From Ramazzottius varieornatus (Eukaryota; Animalia; Tardigrada), in contig BDGG01000001.1 in assembly GCA_001949185.1 (NCBI GenBank), positions 2,091,548 through 2,155,547 on the forward strand: DNA of 64,000 nt, read 5' to 3'. A program made the translations under genes and the position numbers. Below the pieces are notes generated by a model. That model saw only the letters and a list, made by a program, of their open reading frames with translations, was not told the origin of the DNA and did not search any database. Numbering within the stretch: position 1 is the stretch's first letter; each line of letters begins with the position of its first letter. Of the stretch, positions 11,964-23,400 are shown in pieces.

Positions 11964-14900
11964 ATGGAGAAGAACAGACATTTACGGGAGCATGACCGTG
12001 AAAAGTCCGAAGAGGCTGCTCGTATCGTGAATCTCGTTCGTTCTCTTGACCAGCTTAGCGTTCAAAGAGGAGCTCTGCTGCAGACATTCTCCAATTCCCT
12101 GGTAAGCAGTCGTCGACCTCCTATCGTATTTGTTACCATCAAATGTTCTGTGGAGATGACTCTCTGTCATCTACAGGCTGAATACTTGAACATTTCCCCT
12201 CGCGAGCTGGACAGTTTGGTTTCTTTGTCTCCTCCTGAAGCAGCACCGCGATCGCATTCCACATCGCCGGCGCCGGCGCCTCCTGCCGTAAAGCTTCTCT
12301 TGATAAACAATATCGCTTTGCAAAGGCAAAATGCTCACGTTACGAGTAGGTCTACCCGAAGAACTTAAACGAAGCCAGTGCAGCGACAATAGCCACAAAG
12401 CGACCACTTTTTCAAGTTCATATGTTTGTCTTTTTCCCAGGTTCAACATTAGCGGACGGGCATATCGCGGTGTACTGCAAAGTCGATGGAGAAGAGATTC
12501 AGATCGGTCAGCTGCCTCTTTGGGTATCTCAGAAGTCTGGGAGTCTGGCCTTACGAGCTTCTCCAATAAAAAATTTAACGCGAGAAGATGAACGCGAAAC
12601 AAAGAAACCTGAACCACAGTGTCTCTCGAGAGCAGGCACACATCTGCCCGAAACTAATGAAACAACGATCATCGAAAATGGGAAACCCGAAGAGCATCTT
12701 TCTCGAGGTACGGTATATAATAAGCACGCCGCTTGAACAAAACTGAAATTCTTCCATTTATGTGTTTTTGGTATTTTCAGCGCTTTCGGTCTTGTCGCGC
12801 TCGACCAGTACATCCGAAGGCGTCTTCTTAGCACTGCCTCCTCTGGCCGCGGATTCTGCTCAGCGCTATACGCTGGACGTTTCACTCGGTCCAACCAAGC
12901 AAGTCACCGATACGAGAGCTTCCGCTTCTCTAGCAGTGCTGGCGGGAACTTTCAACAGCAAGCCTGTGCTGAGAGAAGCGTGGAAAACGTCCATTACTGA
13001 ACCTGCAGATAAGCTACCCGATACTCTTCACCAACAAGGTTAGTGCTTTCTTTTCACTGTAAGAAGTACTTTTGTGGGCTCACGCGATGTCTTACTGTAG
13101 TAAAGACGAGTGCGGTGGAAGCAGCACAGCAACCTGTTGCTGAGAAGATCGCTCAGGGGGAACCCGGCAGATTACTCCTGGATGCCAAAGGTGCACCGAA
13201 CAGTCCCCAGAGCAAGGACGACCGCCTGAAAGAAAAAGCAGAACCATGTTCAGTCAAGCTTACCTCCAGTCTGGCTGGAAAGACAAGCACGGAACATCGA
13301 ACGGAGGATTGCAGCCTGATAACAACGTTCGGACAACGACGGCAGTTCTTCGGCTTGGAGACCGGCAAGCAAACCAAGCTGTTTACTTCTACCGGTTTGT
13401 ACCTTTGCTCAGTCATAAAGGAAAACATAAGTCTATAGTATGACAACAGCATGGTCCAATTCTGTCGTCTACAGATGGGTCTTCGTCGGAAGAGTTTCAC
13501 GATGCACCGTCCTCCCATCCGGCCAACTGGACTTCCAATCGGTATGACGATCAAGGATACACCGACGACGAATACAGATCGACAAGCTTCTTCCCAGTTA
13601 CGCCAGTGAGGAAGGCAGATTCTCCATCACCGCCACCAGAGACTGTACCCATTTACAAAAGACTGCAAGAGGTGGAAACCGTGGAGTTGCCCGATGAATA
13701 TTCTCTGGAGATAAGGAGAGGATCGTAAGTTACAGTTCTTTCTCTCTTTGCCCGTAGTTCGATTGAAACTTGTTTTTTCTCTTCAGAATTTACGAGGAGC
13801 AGCTGGCAAGCAGCGTGTCGGGTGACCAATGGACTGTGCGAATACTGGCCATCGAAACTGGCAAGCCAGTAATCCATGCGTGGATTATTCCAAAGAACGC
13901 CGACTCTTCCATGCCGGAACAAGTCGAGATCATGACAACTCGTTTAACATCTTTTTACAACTTGCACGATCCTCGAGAGATCTTTCGGTACGAGTAAGTT
14001 GAAGAAAATCACCTTTCAAAGTTTAGGGATCGAATGTTTCAATTAGAAGCCGGGCAGGCAGGTTCGACCAGGTCTTTTCCCAAGTGGCGCACGTTTTCCG
14101 ATAGAGTGGATGAAAGCATGCGCCACTTAAAAAGACAATCTGGTCGAGTTTGGTTGGTTTCTCAAATGGTGCATGTATTCGATGTTATAGGGTGGAAGCG
14201 TGCGCCACTTGGTAGAAACGATATGGTCGGGGTTTTTTTTGCCGCGCCCCCATTTTACTTACTCTGATTTTCTTTGTGGTTTTCCGATAGACCAATTCCA
14301 GGTCAAGCAGTGGCTGTTGGTCTCGAAGATCAGATCTGGACGCGTGGTCTCGTCGAAGAACGCTTGATCAACGGCCAACTTCTGGTTCGGCTCATCGACC
14401 TCGGCGGTCACGCGTCCTTCCCTCCGTTCTCCAAGTTAGTTCAGCCTCTACACATCCAGTTCGCCGAACAACCGGCCATGATCTGGCGCGCACGGATTTC
14501 TGGCTTCCTGCCGACCAAGTATACCGAGCGGCAAGCAAGGATCCTCGAGCAGCTGATCGTCCAGAAAAGGCTGACGGCCATCGTGGTCGCGCTGGACCCA
14601 ATGCCTATCGTCAGGCTCTATGATATGAGCAACGAGTTCAAGGTACCGGTCGAAATCCCGACGGTGGTGGTTAGTCACGAACAGAAGAAAAGAGGCGCTC
14701 ATACCAAGTTTGGCGTCATCATCCACGTTCAGCCGACTGATGAGCAGTACCACTTCCTGCTGGTCGACATCAAAGAATTCTGGCTTCTTGAGGTAATCGA
14801 CAAAATGTTTGAAAATCATAAACAAAAATATACGTAGCAAATCATTAAATGGGAGCTCGACAGTCGGCGAACGCACGTAGGCACTCTACAAAATCACTTT

Positions 14901-16992
14901 CCAAGTGGCGCACACTCTCAGCTTGTAAAACCGAACACGTGCGCTATTTAGGAAGACTACTCGTATCTCTTAGAGTTTGTGCCGAGCCTTCCAGTCGTCG
15001 ACGAAGTTTACGAAAGAGAAGTTGCACTTCGCGCAGATGGTTTGAACAAACGAGAACTAATTGATTTTGAAAATTGAAACGAAAAAAGCATTTCTTTTTG
15101 AGAAATATAAATAAAAGCATTCGCTAGAAGCTTTGAGAAGTTGCACAAAGCGGGCGAGTTTGAGAAAAACGATGGGACAAACGACCGCTGCTGGTCATGG
15201 TGGTTTGTTCGGCAGTAATTAGCCCACCAAATTAGAAAAGAGCCGGCTCGAATGCAAGTCTGATTGTCCGGAATGGAAGCCCTGTGTTGCCCGGGCACCG
15301 ATTACGCTTCCCAGTGCTTCGGGCCAGCCATGGCATTACTGACGGCAATTCGTTCATGGTTGAGATCTACGGGTGATTTTCTTCGTGATTCACGAACGAA
15401 GCCCCCCTTCGTTTCGTGAATCGCGAGGCGAATTACAAATCTTGAATGTTTAAACTTTTCTAAATGCAATCCTTTTGTCCAAACTGTCGTTTGTTCAAAC
15501 TATCTGGGCAAAGTGCAACTTCTCTAAAGTGATAGTTCAATAACTAACCAACAAAAAAATAAACAACGAAGATTAAGAACCTGGTTGGTTGCAGTCGCTT
15601 CATCGGATGGTGCACGACGCAACGAGAGTGAAACTTCCCGTCAAACCGAAAGATCTAGTGGTAGCAGTTCCTGTAGGCGACACGTTCTGCCGAGCTTACT
15701 TTCTCGATCGTTCGTGTAAAGACCTCTCTGGCCAAGTGGCGGTCGAGCTGGCTGATTACGGGCGCAGCTACAGAATAGACACCAGCGAGCTGTATGGTCT
15801 GCCAGATGACGTGGCGAACCGACGAACCCCTAGCGTCATGTGCTGCTTGGAAGTCCCTTCGGATGCCGTGAGAGAAGACTGGAGTCACACGCGGGAAAGA
15901 CTGAAGACGTTGGAAGGTACTGTGGTAGCGTATGCGATGGAGAAGACGTTGAAGAGAGAACGGATGTTGGTGAGAATTTGGGACAACTATGGGCAGCCGT
16001 TCTCGCTGGTCAGAAGGGACGGTGAGGAACGAGAGGGAATACCAGCCGTGGCGGTGGCTGTGACCTATCCGGACTTTTTAAGGGCGGGCGTCATCGTCGA
16101 AATCATTCCAGTGCGTCTGATCAAAGAGTTTGACTGTCTAGAGACGCAATTGATAAACGACAGCAAGAACAAAGGCAAGCAATTTTTGAGAATTCTGACG
16201 ATATTGGGAGATTGGGAAACTGACTTGAAAACAGTGATTTCCTAAGTGGCGCAGGTTCTCATTGTTATGGGCTGCAACCGCGCGCCGTTCGAAAAAAGAG
16301 TTTTGTCAAGTTGGTTGCCAATCTCCCAGCTGACCTGATGTTCTGGATTTTCGTAGACAGGGAAATGGAAGAGCTGACAATCGAACTAGGTTTGGATCTA
16401 GGAGATGAATACAAAGAGCCGCCAGCTTTGGGCTTTGTAGTCAGAGTACTATCCACAAGTAAGTTCGTTCCCCGCTCCACCTTATGTTGCTCCATCATCC
16501 GTGTCATGCAACACAAAGTACTTGAGCGAACATTTCATGTGTTGCGCAGGCAGGGAATGGCGTCGCGGGATCACGGCTGCTCAGGACGATGATAAGCCCG
16601 ACCTCTTTCTGATCTACCATTTGGACTTTGGGAAGTACGAGTGGACGCCGCTGGGTAACATACGGCCCTTGCCAGTCGAGCTGGTGTATCCGGTAGCCAG
16701 ATCTTTTCCTATTATCCTTCAGAGTAAGCGCATCATTGCACCTCTTACTCGTCCTTCAGCTGGACGATAGAGTTGTCAGATTATGGTTTTGTGGAATTCC
16801 AGGGCCGTTTTCAGTCCAAGTCTCGTTGCAGGTGTGACCATGTCGTACGGCTCCTTCCATCCTAAGATACTACTCGAACCAGAGGGAAAGAAACTGCTCG
16901 GCCAAAAGTGTAAGTTTGAGGTGACAAAGGTTGATGCGTGGTACTTTCGGGGGATACTGTACTGTCCTCCTACCAGACCCTCTTCATCCTGA
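11964..16992 (+). CDS. Multi-Tudor-domain protein (TDRD-like, extended Tudor)
   Basis: Three Tudor-like units: PIPGQAVAVGLEDQIWTRGLV..VRLIDLG; VKPKDLVVAVPVGDTFCRAY..VELADYG; PALGFVVRV..EWRRG..IYHLDFGKYEW. Ser/Thr-rich N-terminal half. Confidence 0.75.
14060..14235. repeat. Palindromic element, tandem doublet (Tudor intron)
   Basis: Cores 14082-14128 and 14164-14210, both with spacer 25. Confidence 0.85.
14903..14949. repeat. Palindromic element core (Tudor intron)
   Basis: AAGTGGCGCAC-N25-GTGCGCTATTT. Confidence 0.8.
15015..15525. mobile_element. Non-autonomous TIR element (~510 bp) in Tudor gene intron
   Basis: AGAGAAGTTGCACTTCGCGCAGATGGTTTGAACAAACGA (15015-15053) is the near reverse complement of TCGTTTGTTCAAACTATCTGGGCAAAGTGCAACTTCTCT (15487-15525). 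Internal hairpin 15383-15425. Confidence 0.75.
16244..16290. repeat. Palindromic element core (Tudor intron)
   Basis: AAGTGGCGCAG-N25-GCGCGCCGTTC; spacer matches the family consensus. Confidence 0.75.
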
Positions 16993-17496
16993 AATCTGTG
17001 CTTCCACCCTCCTTGTGTCTTACCTCCACTGTGGCTGTGATTCATGATGAGGTTGTTCAGAGCTTATTTTCGCCAAACACGACTACGAAACTTGATTTCT
17101 TTCTTATCATCATTAATCTTCTGGTGAAGGGATCTTTTCGTTGCAAAAGTTATCGCGTCTTTGAGAAGTTGTTTCTTGTGTTATGCGTTTAATTTACGCG
17201 TCACATTCTTTCTCAATGTTTTATTACGTGGTTGTTGAGACACGGTTGGATTCTTTGTTTTATGTGCCCAACTGTCACTTCTTCTGTCATTTTTGGAAAC
17301 TGACGCATGATTAATACGTCAGTCAGAGAGAGAGAGAATTATGATAGAATGAAAAGTCCAAAAATTAATACTGTAAAAGAGTATAGCTTCTAAAACTCTA
17401 AACAGAAACCAGCGGTTTGAAAAATTGTCGCGGGTATTCGTCGAAACCAACTATGAAAGTCTCTGGGCAAGCACCACAAATGTCATTTCTAATTCC

Positions 17497-20400
17497 TCAC
17501 ACAAAGGATGAGAAACCTGGCAAGGGGTTCCTCGATCCAGGTGTGTTATTGACCAGCAGCTGCTGGTTGATTCCACTGAAGCTTATACTGGTGGAATCAC
17601 TGTCAGCTATGCTGGCCGAGATACTCGTTGCCGTGCTTCTTCTGTATGGCACTCTGGGCTTGTCAGGTAGCCGCGCTGTGTGCCTGGAGTCGTTAGTTCC
17701 AACCGTTTCCGCCCATGAACGACCCAGGTTGTTCTTGACGTTAGCGTAGTGGTTGACGAAGGAAGAGGACTGTTCGTCGAGAACGTCACCTTCGGACTTG
17801 TTAGCCATCTCACCGCTTTCGTCATCCACCTGGGTACCCAATTTAAATTAAATTAGAAGGTCAATTCGGATTCTGCAAGATTATTTTCGTAAGTGGCGCA
17901 CGTGGTCTGTAAAACTGTCCGGAAGCGTGCGCCACTTGGAAAACCAATCCTGTCGAGTTTGTCTGCTTAAGTTTCAATCATTCAAAAGTCGAGCTCGAAT
18001 GAACTACCTCGTCAGTGCTAGACTCATTGAGCATTTCGGAGCGTTTCTCTGTCAGGGAAGAACTGGCCCGTGAGGTTCCGGCGATGGACTGAGCTCTGCT
18101 ATCTTCGTTGTTAACGAAGGCGCGGTTGACGTGAGGCGGGTAGAGCTCGCTGACGTCGGCAATGTCCGAGTAGGCGATACTTGGATTGATGCCGGCTGGA
18201 GGAGCGGAGATCGTGAAGGGCGGTGCACGAGCCGTGTTCGACAGCACGTGCTTCCGACGGAGTGACGCAGCGGCGGCTGATGAAGCGTAGACGTTCGAAG
18301 TGTTGTGGGAAGACTTACGGGTGGACCGGCGCATTGACTGGCGCAGCTCGAAGGCTGTCGGCGCGGCGAACTCGTCGTCTTCGGGGAAGGCCAGGATATC
18401 CGCTGATGAGATTACTTTCTCCACTTCTTCTGTAATAACATTAACATATGATTTGCTTTTGCGGGTTTTGGGATCTTGCTCAGCAGAGGATAACAGAGAA
18501 GGCTTTCCTCACGCACCCGCGTACAGTGCGTGCTTGATCTGCTGTAACGCCCAAGTAGGCAGGTACGTGAAGACTGTTATATAATTTCTTAATCAAATCT
18601 AGAGGTAACTTACGTCGGTATTTTGCTGCTTTGCTCTTGATGCACAAGCAAGCAATGAGTAAGATGACCAGGACACTTCCTGTCGCGGCGACCAGAATCA
18701 GAAACCACAGCTCCATGTAGAAGGGCTTCTTAGGAGCCAATCCCACCACCGAGTTCCAGTTGGGTGTTTGGATCTCCGGTGAGGCTTCACTGGGCATACT
18801 CACACCCAGCCGGTTCACAGCAACCACTCTGAAGGCATACCGTGTACTGGGCACCAGGTTGAGGTAGCTCAAGTCATGATGTTCTACCGGCCCTCCGCTT
18901 AGCGTATCGACGGTGTCCCAGCTACTGCTGTCGTCCCGTCTTCCTTGGATCAGGTATCCCGTCACAGGTGCTCCACCGACCTCGCCTTTCTTCCACCGCA
19001 GACTGACGGCTGTTTCAGCTAGGTCGACCTGCAGACGGCTAGGCTTACCGGGAGAACCTGGCTGCGGACCGGTGGTCACGTTGATGTAGGAAGCGTTACC
19101 GAAACCTTGACCCGTTTCTACTCGCACACCGATCGAATAGGCCGCCATTTCTTCCAAACCTGCCGAAAAATTGTACCATGCGAATCAATGGAATGATGGA
19201 TTGGTCGAACTGGCATTTTCGTTACCTGTAAGGACTATGGACGTTTCGTTCGGTCCCACTCTTTTGTGTCTAGTTTTCTGCGCTTTCATCGCACTGCCCG
19301 TACTGGACAACGCGTACGGGATCGAAGAAACTGCCAAAGGCTGGAACGGGACTTGCGGCGATTCTTTAATTTCTTTCATCGTACTGTAGATGACTTCGTA
19401 GCCTCGTAGTACTCCATTGGGCCTGGCTGGTGCATTCCAGAGAACCTTCACTTGGTTCAGCTGGATGTCGTCCACTCGGACGTTCTCCGGTGCGTTGGGG
19501 ATGCCCTCTGAAGTTGTGGCTTCCACCGCTACGCCTTTCGGTCCGTCACCTGCTGCGTTGAACGCGAGGACTACAAACTGGTACTTGCTGAACGGGTGAA
19601 GATTCCGAATCGTGTGCCGAACGACGGTCGGTTCGACCAAATCAACGCCTTCTTCTGCCCCATTCGCTAAAACATCAAAAAACTCTGGTTGAAACTATCG
19701 TAGAAGTTACCAAATTTGAGGAGATATTGGTCTGTAATCACTGTTATTACTTACAGTAATAGAATAACACAGCAGAAAATTGAGATGGATATCTTTCAAG
19801 TACATATCAGACTGAACCTTTTGGTTTGAGAATACCACCTCACCCGTATCAATGAAGATGACTTTGTAGCCTGTTGGGACACCGCTACCATCCACAGGTG
19901 TCGGTACCGGCGTCCAACTGATAGTTACCGATGACGAACTGACAGCTTCAACAGCCACGTCCGAAGGTTTGCTGGAAGGTACCGCTTCACCAACATACAC
20001 CGTCAGGAGCGGGGAGAAAGGCCCAGCTCCGACGACCGTAAAGGCCGTAATGCGAACTTCGTAGGTGGCACGACGCATGAGATCCGTCAGGTTATATGTG
20101 GTGGTGTTGGCGCTGACGGTGACTTCGTCGAAGGAGGAAGTGCTGCTAAGGGTGATACCAGGAAGAAGCCGGTGATACTGGATGGTGTAACCGATCAAGC
20201 GACCATTGATGTTGTCAGCTGGTGGTGACTGCCAGGAGAGCGTGAGGGAAGAGGTAGTATAGGGGACTGCGTTGAAGTCTTGTGGTGGGGCATCAGGAAC
20301 GTCTTCGGAAGTCTCCGCCGCTTCTGACTCGTCGCTCCACTCGCTGTTCCCGACGTCGTTGATAGCTTGTACGCGGAACTTGTAGAGCGAATCCGGCTTC

Positions 20401-23400
20401 AGACTAAAGAAAAAAATGATATTCGTGGATATTGTTTCAACTTCCGGACAAGTATTTGACGCAGAAGTTTGTCTTGGCAATTCTTTGTTAATACGAGATT
20501 TTGACATCAGTGCAAGCAGCACTACAGCGAAGTTCGGACCAGCGAAATTGTCGTTTGTCTGCGCTTACTCTTGAATAGTGTAAGATGTCGTTCTCGCATC
20601 CAGTTTCTCCGGGACTGACTTCCAGCTGCTTTCCGGTACTTTGCAGTACTGAAGCTGGAAGTAACGAAGGGGTGCGTTCTCATCCGCGTGCCCTGCTTGC
20701 CAGCTAACAGACAGCGATCTCGACTGAATCATGGAAACCGACACACCGGGCTTGCTTGGTTTTCCTGGACGTTCTCGAAACTGGACGGTCTTGACCGGTA
20801 CCTCTAGTGGACTTCCCCATCCGACTGATGTATTGGCTACTAATGTGAACCAGTAAATCTTGTCTGGTCTCAGATTCGAGGCTAGAAAGGACCGTGCGTT
20901 AGCCGGGAGAAACGCCGAGTCCACGTCGGTGTAACCGCCTTCTAACTTAAACGACACCCGATAACCTAGAAAACCATAGTAAAAAACCAGTACCACTGAA
21001 TGCAACCTAAGTTGGGACATCGGAAAATGGCCTTTCCTATATTTCTACTTCAAGTGGCGCACTTGTTCATTGTTATTGGCTGGCACAGTGCGCCACTTGA
21101 CAAAACAATCTGGATAAATTCATTTGCCGACGTCGCGAACGATCGGGTGGACTAATCTTACCTAAGATGAGCCCGTTTGGCCGCACAGGAGCTTCCCAAA
21201 CCATCTTTGTTTGCGTCTGAGACACTTCCGGGAAGAGTACGTTGTATGGCCTGTCCGGGACGTCTTCCAGGGTTCGTTCGGTGACTACCTGAGACCGCAC
21301 ACCGGTACCCATTCGGGTGTAGCCGGCTACTTGGACAGCGTACTCTTTGTACTTCTCGAGGTTGATCAGAGTCGCGGAATGGCTGCTTGGGTCGGGAATG
21401 TCCAGCGTCTTTGTGTCGGTGCCGGTTGTGTAGAAGACTTTGAAGCCGAGAAGTATTCCGTTTTGGTGGACGGAAGAAATGTTGCTCCATTGGACCACGA
21501 TGGCCGTGGAACCAATTCCATGGGCGAGAACACCTTCAGGCGGAGAACTCGGCACTAAAACGAAAGGTTAGTTGGTTTATGAATATAAGGTTTTCGTAGG
21601 ATAGCTTTCCCGAGACTGCGTCAAAAATTTTTCCTCACGAAATTTTGCATCCACATCTGTTTCAAATTTTGCTCATTTCAATATGTCAGTTTCTTTTCTG
21701 CCGTAAAGGACCACACCAGATTAAATGTATACAGAGATCACCTTGGCATTTTTCCTGAAGGTATACTGTCATTACCTGATTCTCGCGTGGTTTCGATGAC
21801 GGCAGTGCTGTTGCCGCTAGAACCGATATCGTTCCTCGCCTCGATCACAGCCTCATAGGTAGTGAACTCTTCCAAGGTGGCCAGTACAGTGCTGCCACTG
21901 GTGCTGTCATTAACTAAGAGGCTTAGTTGGCCACTTTGGGGAGCGGTCAATGAAGCGTTTAACGAACGGAAGGAAATCCAATAGTTTCCTGGCTTGCCGT
22001 TCCATTGGCTAGTCACCAGCGGCTGCAAGGAAAGAAGAAAGCAAGCGTAAGGATCATGCATTCAAGGAGGTCGTTTCATTCAATCATGACGGGCTTCCGG
22101 AGAGTACAGAGGATAGCCCCACATGGAATTAATGGAACACTTACAGTCCATCGAGCGCGGATGGCGGTGGCATTGATGGCGCGTAGGCTAAAGTTGTCGG
22201 GTGAGTTCGACGGACGGTCAGACAATGATTGGAACCAGTCTGTGGAACCCAAAAAGAGAAGCCTCATGTCATGTAAAATAGTAAAACAAACATGTGCGGC
22301 TTTACGTGATGAATATACAGAGTGATGAATGGATAGATGGATGGATCTATCAACTCACCAGAAGCGCCACTGGGTAAACTTGGACCCACGACGTTCTCCA
22401 CACTTAATCGGACACGATACTCTGTAAACGGGCTCAGGTTTCCAAGCTGTAAAGACAACAATCACTTGTAAATGCTACGCTCAACGCATCAAATTTTCCT
22501 GAATTTTTTTCCTTCTTTAGATAGAAAGTAACCAGCGAAACCTCATCTAAATTTTGCTTGAATATTTTGCTCAAAGGGAAGAGCGACAAACAGATCTAAA
22601 AAGACTATTTTCCACAACCGGCGCACGTTTCCGCTGTCTTTAGCAGGAATTGTGCGCCACTTGGAAAAAAGATCTTGTCCAGTTTCTGTCCCAAGGGGCG
22701 CAAATTCTCAGTGCTGCTAGCAGACATCGTGCGCCACTTAGTACAGTGATTCCGTCCAGTCTGTGAACTCTTTTTGTAGTGAGCTTTAGTAGTTTTGAGC
22801 GTGTCAAAAATTGTGATGAAATTAGGACATGCGGATTTTCACGAGGTGATAAAGAGTTGGAGTTTACCGTAAATTGGCCATCAGTGAAGTTGTCTTTCTG
22901 CACATGAAACTTTTTCCACATGTCCGCCTTCATCTCTCTCGTCTGTATGTCGCAGTTAATTTGCAAAATGGATGTATTCCCATCACAAACTGGTTCAAAC
23001 CTAATGGTTGCATTCCTGGCCTGAATGTCTGTAATTTGCACGTTCTCCGGTGGACAAGGAAGAGCTGTAAAAAGAAACAAGTCTTCATCAAGAACGAACT
23101 CTTAAACATGAGAAACTTTTCCACGGCTTAGACTCGTTACTCACTGGGCGGAACGCTACTCTGAATCCTCGCTATACGTGCTTCTCCGTCCCCGACTCCG
23201 GTGCTAGCGTAGACTTTGATGAGGTAATTGGTTTGCGGTGTCAGTTCGGTTACGGTGAAGCTCTTCAACTCCGGGGGAAAGCGGAAAACCCGAGCAGCGG
23301 CTGTGGAGTTGGTCAGTGTGTCTAGCTGAGCGCATTCGACAGTGTATCCAGTGATGATACCGTTGGGCGACTCAGGGACGCTCCAGGAGACATCTAGCGT

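Noticed and set aside
17324-17337. Short (AG)n tract between the Tudor and sdk 3' ends
   Set aside because: Ordinary microsatellite.
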